Shown piece after piece: positions 51,641-63,157 of a DNA stretch of 64,000 nucleotides. The stretch spans positions 32,001 to 96,000 of the IMG/VR virus record IMGVR_UViG_3300028903_000001; one strand, given 5' to 3'. This stretch comes from a virus. Its lineage: Duplodnaviria; Caudoviricetes. Made by a program: the position numbers and the translations under genes. The notes below the pieces were generated by a model that ran no database searches, was not told the origin of the DNA, and worked only from the letters and a program-made list of their open reading frames with translations. Every line of letters begins with the position of its first letter. Within the stretch, counting starts at the first letter, position 1.

Positions 51641-53365
51641 TCACTTTTCGCTACCAGACGTTGCCAATGCAACGCCCAGTGCCGATGCATCCAACAGGTT
51701 TCCCCGAAGGATGGGTTGATCTCCCAAAGCTCGCAGGAATATCCCGCGAGCGCCGTTGTAATCTCGATCCATTGACACGCCGGTCGATGCCGATCGGACA
51801 GTCTTTGCGCCACCAAGCTTGGCGTTGATCTCGCCGGTCCACGACACGGTCTTGCTCGTCCAAGCCTCGTTCTGGTCGAGCACGAGCTTGCCGTACTCGA
51901 ACGCCTTGTGCTTCAGGAAAGTCTTGAACCGATAGTGCGAGAACGTCAGCATGGATCGCACCGACTTCGCGCGAAGCCTGCGCGCCCCGCGCCGAACCAT
52001 CTCCGAGGTCTCGAACGTCGGCAGCACGATCACGTCGAAGCTCTTGACCAGAAACGCTGCCACCTTGTGGTGCAGATCGTCTACAAGGTTTCGAATCCTG
52101 ACCTGCATGCTCACGATAGCACGCCGAAGATTTCGCTTCCGAAGACGATGCGTCTCCAACCTGCGCCTCGAAATGAGGTCATCCATGTGCGAGCACAACC
52201 GCTGAATCTTCCCGAAGTCGCCAGCACCAAGCTTGCCGCAACTGGACTCCGTGTAGAACGTTTGGAAGGATCGTATCCCTGGATCGAGAGCAACGACGCG
52301 CCCTTGGTTTTCGGCTACGCACCGCTTTTGCTGCACGGGAACGATCAGAAACCACCGCCCTCTTTCGCAGACTAGCCTAAGATCGCAATGTTCCTTTGGT
52401 ACCTCCTCGACCATTCGAAGCGCCCCTCGGGATAGAGTCGGGTAGACCCCACCGTTTCGAAGTGCGCTTTTGGGGATGTAGCAGGACTGCACCGGGTTCT
52501 TTCTCGACCTGAACCCGACGTCCTGAAAGCCTCCCCCCTCCTTGAATCTGCGCTTTGCCGCCGACACGGCTTTACAGGCATCGCGCACCGCCACTGACCT
52601 GATCTGGTAGGGCGTCTCCTCGGACCAAGCAGGGAGACCTCGCAGCAGCCCCGTCTTGATCGACTTCCAGTTCGCCTTCGTCCCCGGGGTCTTCAGAAAG
52701 CTCACGGCAGCGTTGAAGGCGACGCGCGCAGTCCCAAACCACTGTCTGAAGATGCTCTCCTGCTGCCTAGTGGGGTAGAGTCGGATCTTCTTTGATTTGA
52801 GAAGCGTATCGTCGCAGCCCGTGCATTCGGCAAGAGAAGACGTGAATGATGGCGAGAAGATCGTCGGATAGCTCTCGCTCGGGGCTGTGTTCAACTCGAT
52901 CGAGAACCAAGAGTTCGCCACCGTTTTGCTCGAGCATGTGGGCGATGAGTTCGACACCAAAGCGGGCAAGGCGGTCCTTGTGGGCAACCACAACCGTGAG
53001 CTTTGCTCCTCATGCCAATCGGTCCAGTAGGGAGAGCAGTCCTTTACGCTTGAAGTTGAGACCACTTCCGATGTCCTTGACGATTTCGGCATCAGGGAAG
53101 CGCTGTCGCATGTAGACAACCTGTCTTGCGAGGTCGTCCTTTTGCTTCGGGGAGGAGACCCTGAAGTAGCAGATGGTGGCGGGGGGCAAGGCGTCTTTGA
53201 CGAAGGACTCGACATCGAAGAGCCGCTGACCCGCAGGGTTTCTAACGTGTTTGATGAGTCCAGCATCAGCGTATTTCCGCACCGTATTGGGGGCACATGC
53301 CGAGCGACTGGCATGCCATCCGTAGAGGGACGAGCTTTATGTCGTATGGTAGAGGACGGTGGCAT
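51641..53365 (-). CDS. tnpB: IS607 TnpB RNA-guided nuclease (start uncertain; core domain about 51641..52806)
   Basis: KSKKIRLYP, VVALDPGIRSF (RuvC-I Asp), VIVLP then QNEAWTSKT (displaced Glu typical of IS607/Fanzor-like TnpB), DRDYNGARGIFLR (RuvC-III Asp); zinc-finger cysteines absent. Confidence 0.9.
   Translation of the reverse strand: MPPSSTIRHKARPSTDGMPVARHVPPIRCGNTLMLDSSNTLETLRVSGSSMSSPSSKTPCPPPPSATSGSPPRSKRTTSQDRLSTCDSASLMPKSSRTSEVVSTSSVKDCSPYWTDWHEEQSSRLWLPTRTALPALVSNSSPTCSSKTVANSWFSIELNTAPSESYPTIFSPSFTSSLAECTGCDDTLLKSKKIRLYPTRQQESIFRQWFGTARVAFNAAVSFLKTPGTKANWKSIKTGLLRGLPAWSEETPYQIRSVAVRDACKAVSAAKRRFKEGGGFQDVGFRSRKNPVQSCYIPKSALRNGGVYPTLSRGALRMVEEVPKEHCDLRLVCERGRWFLIVPVQQKRCVAENQGRVVALDPGIRSFQTFYTESSCGKLGAGDFGKIQRLCSHMDDLISRRRLETHRLRKRNLRRAIVSMQVRIRNLVDDLHHKVAAFLVKSFDVIVLPTFETSEMVRRGARRLRAKSVRSMLTFSHYRFKTFLKHKAFEYGKLVLDQNEAWTSKTVSWTGEINAKLGGAKTVRSASTGVSMDRDYNGARGIFLRALGDQPILRGNLLDASALGVALATSGSEK
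52767..53340 (-). pseudogene. tnpA: IS607 TnpA serine recombinase, inactivated
   Basis: RVSSPKQKDDLARQ, DIGSGLNFKRKGL, KDRLARFG and ELSDDLLAIIHVFSCR motifs; start mutated to ATA (53340), +1 frameshift in a C5 run (53289..53293), in-frame TGA at 53010..53012. Confidence 0.88.
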
Positions 53366-53373
53366 CCGACTAC

Positions 53374-53658
53374 CTATTCGTCAACCTTATTTCTAACCCG
53401 CATCACGATGTCATCGGGCAGTCCTATGTCCCTGGCGATTTCCCTTGACTTGCTCAATCTCCCCGCGAAAAACGCATCCTGCAGCGAGTTGACGATCGTT
53501 GCAGGATCGATTTTCTTCGCGCAGTCCCGGTCGATGACGAGGTTGACGCCAGGGCCATGGATCCAGACGTAGTCAGACTTGTCCTCATCCTCGAACTCAT
53601 CGACCCTGTAGATCATTTCCATGCCAGCCTCCGGTGTGGGAGCAGGTTCTTCGGCCAC
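53374..53658 (-). CDS. Small hypothetical protein
   Basis: Co-directional ORF ending at the IS607 left end. Confidence 0.5.
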   Translation of the reverse strand: MAEEPAPTPEAGMEMIYRVDEFEDEDKSDYVWIHGPGVNLVIDRDCAKKIDPATIVNSLQDAFFAGRLSKSREIARDIGLPDDIVMRVRNKVDE

Positions 53659-54488
53659 TCTATTAGATCATTGCCTTTCCCGCTCACCTTGAGACGATAG
53701 ATGTCACCGTCTCTCTCCCAGGTCCGCTTCTTGCCACCTATCGCTGCTAGGTCGGCAAACGCTTCAGGGTTGGACGTCACGGGTCGGCTGCCGACTTGCT
53801 TTATGAAGCAGGGCACATCGCTTCTCTCGCACTGCTGGGCAATAGAGAGCACATGGTCCAGGTTGCAGTCCCTTGCCTCCTTGCCCATCTCGCCGCCGAT
53901 GACGACTTGACCGACTCCGGTCATGTCGATGTCGAGACTCGACAGTAGCGGCTCGAGCGAGAGCCACGACTTGACGAAGCCTGAAGACGAGTGCGCAGAC
54001 ATCCTCTTGCCCGCCACGGCTTGACTCTCGACGCTCGTGCCTTCCCAGACATTGTCGAGCGGCAGCGATGGAGGGAAAAGTGTCAGATTGGCTCGAATCC
54101 GATACTTGAGCGCATGCTCGATAAAGAGCCTCGAGTTCTTGACCCTGGCGAGGAGCTTCTTTCGCCGCGCCGGGTACTTGGTCAGGGTGAGGAAGGTGTG
54201 CTTGGGGTGGAGTGCCATGACGCCATAGACGGCATAGATGAACGCGTCGGGCACCTTGGACTGGAAAAGGTCTCCCAGGTTGGAGACGATGCAGATCTTG
54301 TGCTTGGCCCAAGCCGCTGGATCGCTCAGCTTCATATCGAGCAGCTTCACCTCGCTGAACTCGGAGGTGAACCTGCGCTTATGCAGAGCCTCGGCCCAGC
54401 AATGGTCGCAGCCCTCGCTTTTCTTCTCGCAGCCATGGACCACGTTGAGTTGCCGGTCCCAGTACGTATCGCTGCCGATAGTCACCAC
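53613..54488 (-). CDS. DUF5131 (phage Gp37/Gp68-like) protein
   Basis: GCEKKSEGCDHCWAE, GDLF, HTFLTLTKYP, NVWEGTSVE, LSLEPLL, VVIGGE.G..AR, FIKQVG. Confidence 0.9.
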   Translation of the reverse strand: MVTIGSDTYWDRQLNVVHGCEKKSEGCDHCWAEALHKRRFTSEFSEVKLLDMKLSDPAAWAKHKICIVSNLGDLFQSKVPDAFIYAVYGVMALHPKHTFLTLTKYPARRKKLLARVKNSRLFIEHALKYRIRANLTLFPPSLPLDNVWEGTSVESQAVAGKRMSAHSSSGFVKSWLSLEPLLSSLDIDMTGVGQVVIGGEMGKEARDCNLDHVLSIAQQCERSDVPCFIKQVGSRPVTSNPEAFADLAAIGGKKRTWERDGDIYRLKVSGKGNDLIEWPKNLLPHRRLAWK

Positions 54489-56363
54489 GGATGCCTCCTA
54501 TGGTCCCAGGAGGCGGGAGGCGCGTTGCCCGCCTTCATCCAGTCGTTTAATGCCACGACAAGCTCGGCGAGTCTCACCGTCTCAGTATCATACCTGTCGT
54601 AGGGATCAAAGACGATTCGGGTCGCGATCTCGATCTGCTCCCTCAGATTCGCGTTAGGATCCATCACACTTTACCCCTTTCTTTCTTCGCATCGCCTATG
54701 CTCGTTCCACCACTTCCAAGGTGTGTAGACTCGCTTCTTTCTTACGCCGTCCCTTTCCACGATGCCTCCGACCCTTATACCACTTCCACACGTCTTGCAC
54801 ATCAAAAATCCGTCACCAGCTATGATATTTTCGCACGGGTCAACCCAGGCGAGTTGCTCTTCGGTATAGACCGGAGACGGCTTATCCGCTTTCTTCGCCT
54901 GCCTAACCATGACTACTTTTCCTGGTCAAGCAGATCTAGCAAACGTTTGCAGACGCGCCAGCCAAAAATGACTCTGTGAGCGGGCACGTCACCCATGTCG
55001 CAAATCTCGAAATCAATCTCATTGATCAATTTCTGCACCTCGAACATGGCGTCGCTTCGACGTATTGCCTCAACGACGTCATTCCAAGGATTTGGCTCAG
55101 ACTCGACCTGTTTCATGTAGTGCAGGGCAGAGTCGAGCGCGACGGCGCTTACCCACTGCGTCGCAACGTAGTGTCCCATGCCGATCTTGGCCTTTTGCCA
55201 GACATAGTCTAGTTCTGAGCAGGCTATCCACTCTAGGATCTCTTTATGCGGCGAATGGTACGGGCAGAACTGGTATACGACCGGGTCAAAATCGCCAACC
55301 ACGGACAGGTACCTCAAGCGTCGAGACACGATGACTTGGGACAGCATCTCTGATCTGCCGCGTATCCCCACGGTCCACCCAGCCGTCATGTCCGACTCGT
55401 TGCAGTTTTCGTTGGTTCCGAACCTGTCCAAGATCTCGTGTCTCGCCAATGCCTTATCGAAGGAGCCGATGATCTCTTTGCAGTACTGGTCTCTGGTGAC
55501 TGGAGTCATGGCTTCACCCCAAGCGCTTCCTCGCACAACCTGACCATCTCATCCGCCTCTTCATTCACGATCGAGTAGGTACCGAGACCATACCCGTTTC
55601 TCGTCAAGATCATCCCGTTTTCTATCCTACAGCAACTCGGCTTAGGCTCCGGCATGGCACCCATAGCCTCAAGCCTGTTCCAAGTCTCACAATCCTCCCG
55701 CCACGCTTCCCGCTCCGCTTCCGTCGAACCGTCTGGGTCTGGAGCGAATCGCCTCGGGTCGCCACCTGGGAAGAATCCGTACACCTCTTCACTCGCATAG
55801 TTTTGAAACAGGTAGAGACACGTCTCGAGAGCCGACGACAGTTTCAACTCTGCCTCGTCCAGTCTCAGGCACTCACGTTTCCACCACTTCGCAGCGATTA
55901 CCGCTGCTTGGAACCTGAGCAGGTTCCGGTACCCCACTATCATATTGTGACCCGTGATGACACGAAATCCGCCGTCGGGAGCCGTCAGGTACGCCAGGCT
56001 TCCGTCGGGAAGCTCCTTGACCAGTCTGGCAAGGCTGAGCCCAAACGTTTTGGACTCAATCGTTAGATTCAGCCTGGACGTGGTGTAGGGGATTGCCCCC
56101 TCAAGCAGATCTATTTTGTCACTGCCGTCGGGGGCCCCATATCGGGACAGCCTGCTGAGCCTCTCTGACCCAGCTAAAGTCTTGTTGACTCTGAGTAATA
56201 AAAGCACCATGGGCCTGCACCACGAGTCCTGCGGGTCCGGCGCGTCGCGATGCGAGCAATACTCGCTCCGCTTTCCACCGTCGCACTCGATCACGTACCA
56301 CGGGCAGCCCTCGCTACACAGCGGCGCGCCACCATCGTCATAGATCGGCTTTACAGGCTTCAC
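54482..56363 (-). other. Four small-to-medium hypothetical phage CDSs (54482..54667, 54671..54910, 54913..55509, 55506..56363)
   Basis: Tightly coupled co-directional ORFs; the first has the MDPNA.L...LNDW..G..P..W pattern seen in small phage proteins. Confidence 0.6.
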
Positions 56364-56545
56364 TTTGAATACCCATCCTTTGCCCAGCCCTTGCCCTTCA
56401 GAACAAAGCTGGTACGGGAGATGAGGCGAATCACATGCTCACTCGAATCGCAGATGGCGCACTTCACCTCTGGGTCCTCTTTGATGCCGTGCTCGATCTC
56501 AAAGCTCACCTCGCACTTGAAGCAGTGGTATTTGTACGTCGGCAT
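56360..56545 (-). CDS. FmdB-family zinc-ribbon protein
   Basis: MPTYKYHCFKC...FE......CAICD....RLIS.TSFVLKGKGW..DGY. Confidence 0.88.
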   Translation of the reverse strand: MPTYKYHCFKCEVSFEIEHGIKEDPEVKCAICDSSEHVIRLISRTSFVLKGKGWAKDGYSK

Positions 56546-56562
56546 TAGTTCTCTCCCGGATC

Positions 56563-58050
56563 CTATCGCTTCTTCCTTGATCCCCTGGGGATATCATTCC
56601 ACTTGTCGAGCGATTCGAAGTAGTCGCCACCCTCGCCATCCTCCTGGTCCGTTTCCAGATCGTCGAAGCGGGTACAGAAGGCTCGAAACGCGGCAAGGGC
56701 TGAGCCGGTGGGGCCGTTGCGCTGCTTAGACACGATGATCTCGCACATGCCCTTCACATCGTCCTCGTCGGGCCAGTAGTACTCTTTGCGTAGCAGGAAC
56801 AAGACCTCGTCGGCATCCTGTTCGATAGAGCCCGACTCGCGCAGATTGTGAAGCTGCGGGCGCTTGTCCCTCGCCTGTTCACAGTCGCGATTGAGTTGGG
56901 CTAGAAGGACGATGCAGACATTCTCTGCCTGCGCCATGAGCTTGAGTCCCCTCGAGATCTCCTGGACTACGTTCTCCCTCGTCTGCGACTTACCCTGCTT
57001 CGCCGCTATAAGCTGCAAATAGTCGATCACAACGACGGAGAGTTCCATCCCGTCCCTGTCATATCTCAGCTTGGCACGCCTGATGGTCGATCTGATGTCC
57101 TGCATCGATGCGACACGGTCGATGATCTGAATCGGCAGCTTCGACAGATCGTTCAGGGCGACGAAGAACCGGCCCACTTCCTGCTGGTCGAAATTGGTCT
57201 TGCGGTACTTGGAAATGCTCACTCTGGCGCTTTCGCAGGCCAGGCGCATGACCAACTCTTTTCGCGGCATCTCGAGCGAGACGAAGGCTGACGCCATGAC
57301 CTTGCCTTCGTAGCTCAGTTTCCCCGCCACCGACTGCGCCAGCTTCATGCCGAATGCGCTCTTGCCCATGCCGGGGCGTCCCGCAACGACCGTGACATTG
57401 CCTCGATGAAGCCCACCCAGAATATCGTCCAGCCGCTTGATGCCAGTTGGCATTTCAGTCGTTGACTTGCCCTCGGTCTCAAGTCTCTTGTTTAGCTCAA
57501 GCTGCTTCTGGTACTCCTTGGCATAGTCGAGAATCGCGTCCCTGAGATCAACGGCTTCGCCGCCTCCCACGTCCTTGGTCCAGTCCGACATATCCTTTTC
57601 GAACTGCGTGACCAGTCCGGGGATGTCCTCCATCGGCGTGATGTAGCTTTGAGACAGGAACTTCTTGGCCGCATACTGCATCTGCCTGAGCCGGTATAGC
57701 TCGACGACGCGCTCCACCTCCCGGTACGGGTCCAAGACCGCAGGGGTGGAGATGAAAAGCTCATATTCCAGGTACTTGTCGCCGCCCGCCTTCTCGAGCC
57801 GCCCCGTGTCGAAAAGGATGTCCCGGATCGCGGGTAGAGTGATTCGCTCAGCCTTGGCCGCGATCTCCGACATCGCGGCGTAGATGATAGCGTTCTGCGG
57901 CGAGTAGAAGTGCTCCTCCCGCAGATCGGTGCTGACCTCGACGAAGATCGCGTCGTCCTCGAGGATCGAGGCGAGAATGCAGCACTCTGCCTTGACGTCG
58001 CAGGGCTGCTGCCTATCGCTCGGCGCTTCGCCTAGTGAGACAGGGGCCAC
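56563..58050 (-). CDS. dnaB: Replicative DNA helicase DnaB
   Basis: AGRPGMGKS (Walker A), SLEMP, VVIDYLQL, LAQLNR, LRESGSIEQDAD, KQRNGPTG. Confidence 0.97.
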   Translation of the reverse strand: MAPVSLGEAPSDRQQPCDVKAECCILASILEDDAIFVEVSTDLREEHFYSPQNAIIYAAMSEIAAKAERITLPAIRDILFDTGRLEKAGGDKYLEYELFISTPAVLDPYREVERVVELYRLRQMQYAAKKFLSQSYITPMEDIPGLVTQFEKDMSDWTKDVGGGEAVDLRDAILDYAKEYQKQLELNKRLETEGKSTTEMPTGIKRLDDILGGLHRGNVTVVAGRPGMGKSAFGMKLAQSVAGKLSYEGKVMASAFVSLEMPRKELVMRLACESARVSISKYRKTNFDQQEVGRFFVALNDLSKLPIQIIDRVASMQDIRSTIRRAKLRYDRDGMELSVVVIDYLQLIAAKQGKSQTRENVVQEISRGLKLMAQAENVCIVLLAQLNRDCEQARDKRPQLHNLRESGSIEQDADEVLFLLRKEYYWPDEDDVKGMCEIIVSKQRNGPTGSALAAFRAFCTRFDDLETDQEDGEGGDYFESLDKWNDIPRGSRKKR

Positions 58051-58314
58051 CCGGTCACCCCCTTATCGTTGCCGCAATCACGATGAGGGACAGGACCAGG
58101 AAGAGACCGACGACTTCGATGGTTGGGCTCATTTCTCACAACCCTCCTGAGCCAAATGCTCCCAACCCGGAATTGGAACCCAGTGCCAGAGCGGGTTCCA
58201 CTCTTCGATGCTAAATGCTGTCGGAGACTTGATATCCCTCGGATCGCTTCGACTCCACATTGTCAACCCCTTTCTACCCGCAGACGCTAGATCGGATCCC
58301 CACCTGGAGTCAAG

Positions 58315-61300
58315 TCAAAACGGGATGTTGCTGTTGTCATCCAGGTCGATCACCTCCACATCCTTTTTGACCATGAGCTTGACCGCTTTCAGCACGTAGA
58401 ACTCGACGCCAGAGTTGCACCTGGCAAGCCTCTCGGCTTCCGCCTCGGCGGCTTTGAGCGAAAGGTGCCTTACGGTTGGCGTGCCACTTGTTGGGCTCCA
58501 GACGCAATAGAAGCTTCGAACGCTCATGTCTCTTAATCCTTTCTGCTATACACGATACCGATCTGTCCCGGCTCGTCTCCATACTGTACGTTGAGACTGG
58601 TCCCACATACCGGACATTCTCCCTCCCAGATCTCTTGACCCGGCTCGGGACCATCGCATAGTCCCTCTGCGACCCTTCTGATCGCATCACGTATATTTGC
58701 CACTTCACCATCGTTGGCCCAAGGGGACATTATCGCGTCCCCGATACAGACTCGATGCCTACCATCTTCAAATGGTATGCTCCTGATCGATTTGCATATT
58801 CGTTCCACAACGGCTTCACACCGATCATTTTTCATTTCGACTCCTATTCGGGTCTACCGGCGTGCCGTAACAGGCCGGGCATCCATCATGCCACATGTGT
58901 TCGTTGGCATCGAAGGGGCACAAGATGATGCCGCAGATCGGGCACTCGACTTCCACGCAGTCGTAGGGCTGATGCACGTCCTGAAGCGCTGTCTTCATGT
59001 CGTGCCGTGCCTTGGCTAGTTCCGCCACCTCCCGCTTCGCCTCATCAAGTCGTTTCGAGAGTGAAGCGACTTCTCTACGCAAGGCACGATTCTCGTCGGC
59101 CAAGTCGTAGATCCTACGTTCCTCGTCTTGACGTGCCATTTCATCATTTAGACTCGTCATCGCCTCTGTCTCCTGCCGCCTTCTCTGGTGGCGAGTAGAT
59201 GTACCCGGACTCACTCGTAAACCTGTCGATCGTAAGGTCTGCGCACCTATCGGCAAAGGACACGCAGAACTCAGGGTCGAATGCTTTTGAATCCGACACG
59301 CCTCTAAGTGCGGCGAAGTATGCGTTCCACCAGATCTCTTGTCGTGTCATGACGTTCCTCCCTGGCTCTTTCTCTCGCGTAGCTGCACCCTGCGCATTCG
59401 CAGTTAGTTGGCGGGCATTCGCAAGCCATCATCGCGTCGTCGCGCATCTGCGCAAGCTCGGCACGAAGCTTGTCACACTCGCTCGCCTCAACACTTCCCT
59501 GCACTACCTCTTCCGGCTCGGGTACCGGGACTTCGGCCTCGACCCAGGACAGTCGCACGTCCTATGACGCCATACAGTCAAGCGCTGCCTCGGTTCGATA
59601 TCACTCCTTAGTCGCGCTTCATGCGTCTCCCTTATAACTTCATTTCTTGCGTTCGCCTTCAGTGTACGTTTATCGGAATCGTATTCGTCTTGCGCCTCCA
59701 ACTCAGCCCGCTTGTTGCGCTTGCTGTATATCCTCAAAACAAGTACGGTCATCAAGACTGAGACTATGGCAACAATTACCCCGCTCACAATGTGGCTCCC
59801 GTTGATAAACTTCCAAGTAGCATCACAGTCCATCGCTTTCTCCTTGCTAGTTGAGCGGATGTCCCGCCCGACGCAAGGCGCACACTATCTTCGGCTGGGG
59901 ATACACCAATAGCTATTAGGTGTTGCGCGTATTCCTTGTACCGATCCGACATGGTCATTTTGCTTCCTTCTCCTTAGCGGTCTAAAAGTCCCCACCCTCA
60001 AACCGCCCTGAAAAGTCATCGATGCTAGCGTCTTCGTCGAGCGCATCCCCGGAGTTATAGCGCCTACCGTGTTCGTCGAGCACTAGGATAGTATTACCTC
60101 CCCCGACAAATACCATAAGACATTCTGGCATTCTGTCGCACACGTCCTTGAATTCCTTGATCCACTTTTTGACGGACGGATCCTGTCTCAGTTGCCGAAC
60201 TCGTTTTCTCGCCTCGGCACTCATCTGCACTTCACCCCTTTCATGGCTTCCACCCCTTCGGCGGCTTCCATCCAGCCGCTGTAGCCTTGACTGCCCAGTC
60301 GGGCATCGGAGCGCCGCTGTTGAGTAGGGATGTGTTGGCGGCGAGCATGGCAAGTCTAGCCTGTTTCTCGCTGTCGAACCTGTATCCGTACATGTCCTTT
60401 CTGCCATCGGCAAAGGGTTTGGCTGCGGCGTCTGCCGTCATGATCTCCCAACGGGCCTTCTTTTTCTCGTCGCTACCACCAGTGTACTCGCTCACGTCTC
60501 GGTCACCAACGTATGCGCCGAAGTCCTCGTCCTCGGGCAGATACCATGCGACTCGCCACGCACCGTCCTGCTCGTCAATGCCGAGGTAGCTACCATCGTC
60601 CGACTTGTACCTTTTGCCTGCCATCACTCCTCCTCCGGGACCTCTCGGCAGTCACCGCTCACCGGAAGCATCGATTATCTTTGGATCCACGCCAAGCGCT
60701 TCTATGCACCATTTGATACCATATCCCTTTTTGACCTGTATCGTAGCAAACCCAACATACCCCATTTCAGGGAATGGACTAGGCGTGTCGAGAGCGATGT
60801 GTACCTCGTCTGTCCCACGAAGGCCAATTACAACTTTTACCTCTTTGATGGGTATAGATAGAATCATTTGTCATCCTCCGGGACCTCACGGTAGTCGAAG
60901 TCGAGGCACTCATCTATCTGCGTGGCAAGTTCACCGTAGATCCAGCCGTTGGGACAGTACCGCTCTCGGATCGCGACGCAGATCGCGCAGGTATCGTACC
61001 GGTCCCAGTATCCGTCCCACAGCCCACTGACATGCTCGTAGCGCTGCCCCTTGGTAATGGTGTCACCGCACTCGCAGCACTTGTGCGGCTTACGGGCCTT
61101 GCGCCACTCGACGCGGCAGATGGAGGGACGATCGCCGTCGTGTGTCGAGCAATCGCAGCTAATCACGCCTCACCTCCACGGCTTCTGACGATTTTCTGAA
61201 ACGATGCGAAAGCCTTGGCTACCGCCACTGCGTTGGCCTTGGCCTCCTCGATCCCATCGGCTGTCCCCTTGTACATAGGAGCAAGCATTGGCCGGGAAAC

Positions 61301-62587
61301 AGATACGCTTGTGTCAATGGTCGAGTAGACGCACCAGCCCGTGTCCCAAGCCGCAATCCCGAACCCGGACTGGACACTGTGGTACTCTCCCTTTGCCCTC
61401 TTCTCCCAAGCCATTTGTCACCTCAAGCTTTTCTCACCTGTCGCATCTACCAGTTTCGGCACCATGTCTCTTAGCTTACGCATCTGCTTCTCGAGCGTCT
61501 GTATCTTGCCTGCTTTCCGATTCACCACATCGATCTGGGCGTCCTTGAGCGTTTCGAAGCACATGCTGGGGTAAACTATGACCCTACCCTTGGACCACGG
61601 AACCCTGACGAGGTAGTAGCGACTACACATGCCGTTCATGTCGCTCTTCACGACCTCCTCTGCCTCGACCCTGACGATGCCCTCGGTCTCCCACCACTTG
61701 GTGACGTAGCGCTCCATGACTACCCTCCACTTTCCGGGTCCAGAGCCTCGTATACCTCCACTGCCCTGTCTCGGAGACCGTGTTCGGCGATGATGGTGTC
61801 TATGCGGCGAAACGCAAATACCATCTTCTTCTCCTCCCGCTTCGCCAGTCGATCAGCTTTCACTCGAGCCGAGTTCCAATTCGGTTGAGCAAGCACCTCT
61901 GGGGAAATCTCCTTTCCAAACCTATCGTATCGAAACATGCGAGTGATTTCCACCGAGAGAGTCCCAGCGTCAATTCTATCTCGTGTCGTTTTGAAGCAGG
62001 TATGCAGCCCCTCCTTTCTGCACGCCTTGACGCATGCCTTGAAGCGCTTTTCCGACTCCTTTCTACCCTGTTCATTGATGGTGTCGATCTGCTGCTTCAA
62101 CTCATCGATCTTGGCGATAAGCTCTTCCCGCTTCGTCATGTCCCGGTCTCCAGTTCTCGCTCGTAGTACCCATCCTCGGTCTCGATCATTTCGCTGACCG
62201 GCTCGCCGTCGATGGTAAGGATGACCCGACCTCCTTCCCGCAGAACCTGCTCGGATTGGTCGTGCTTGACGTTGTCACCCACAAGCACGCTATCGCCCCT
62301 GCGGTCCAGGAGTACACCATCGACCCAAGCCATATAGCTAGCCCTGTCAAGGTATAGCGTCTTTATCATATCCAGGTCTCCTCGATGCACTCGTCGTCTG
62401 TATCGCTTCTCACGATCCTACTGCGCCCCGGTGGCAGTGAGACTCGAGCATAATCAAGTGAGTCGTGCAGCGTACAGTCAGCCTCGGCCCTGACGCCACC
62501 GGAGATGGATACCTGCCAGCGTCGAACCACCCATTTGCCGGGATGGTCCTTGGTTGTGGGTCTGTAAATCACGTATAGGTAGATCAT
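58315..62587 (-). other. Cluster of about 15 short hypothetical phage CDSs, several Cys-rich
   Basis: Consecutive 65-145 aa ORFs with ATGA overlaps and GGAGG RBSs, e.g. 60864..61166 (KARKPHKCCECG...TCAIC zinc-binding pattern) and 59504..59833 (single TM helix). Confidence 0.65.
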
Positions 62588-63154
62588 CTATTCACCTCTT
62601 GCGCTATACTCCCGGCACTCGCGGCACATGTAGTGACCATCACCATCGCACGTCCCAGGTCCTTTACCGGAAACGAAATGTTCACATCCCTCGCGAGCCG
62701 TCACATTCCGATCCAGTGGCATGGCTCGTCTCTTCCACATCTTCGCCGCCTTCACCGCGTTGACGAGCCGAACCCTGCACTGCTCAAGGTCAGACATAGT
62801 TGTGAGTCTTATCCCGATCTCGATTGACACGGCATATCGAGACGAGCGCTGCTGGTCATAATACCACTGGATACGCTTGTCCTTGTCCGCTACCCCGAAC
62901 CACTCCGCAACGGCATCGGCAATGTGCTTCGCCGCAACTGTGAGGTTGTCGTGCCCGTCGATTTCGCTTGGGCCATGGTGGGTGATGGTGACGGCAACTG
63001 GTAGCTTTGGGCGCTTCTGGGTCTGAAGCACGAGAAGGACGTCGTCGCGCTGCTTTCTCGCCTGCCTGGCCGTTCGCATACGGCTCAACATGGAAGCGTT
63101 CCGAAACGTTACGTTCGGCGAGACGAGTCTTATGCCTGGGATGTAGATCTCCAT
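62588..63154 (-). CDS. RusA-like Holliday junction resolvase candidate
   Basis: SPN near the N-terminus, PVAVTIT, DGHDNL..AAKHIADAV...GV.D.D acidic/Lys pattern. Confidence 0.6.
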   Translation of the reverse strand: MEIYIPGIRLVSPNVTFRNASMLSRMRTARQARKQRDDVLLVLQTQKRPKLPVAVTITHHGPSEIDGHDNLTVAAKHIADAVAEWFGVADKDKRIQWYYDQQRSSRYAVSIEIGIRLTTMSDLEQCRVRLVNAVKAAKMWKRRAMPLDRNVTAREGCEHFVSGKGPGTCDGDGHYMCRECREYSARGE

Positions 63155-63157
63155 TCT

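Larger units (their letters stand above)
51637..53386 (-). mobile_element. IS607-family element
   Basis: Serine-recombinase tnpA overlapping tnpB; right end ...GCGAAAAGTGATCGG at 51637; left end at a GG, either 53374 or 53386 (both restore an AGGAG RBS for the exonuclease gene when excised). Confidence 0.85.

Noticed and set aside
51631-51816. 62-aa N-terminal extension of the exonuclease in the ORF track
   Set aside because: Lies inside the IS607 right end; the real start is ATG 51630 with its own RBS.
53010-53012. In-frame TGA in tnpA as stop-codon recoding
   Set aside because: Other genes end normally at TGA and the same gene also has a frameshift and lost start, so it is a pseudogene.
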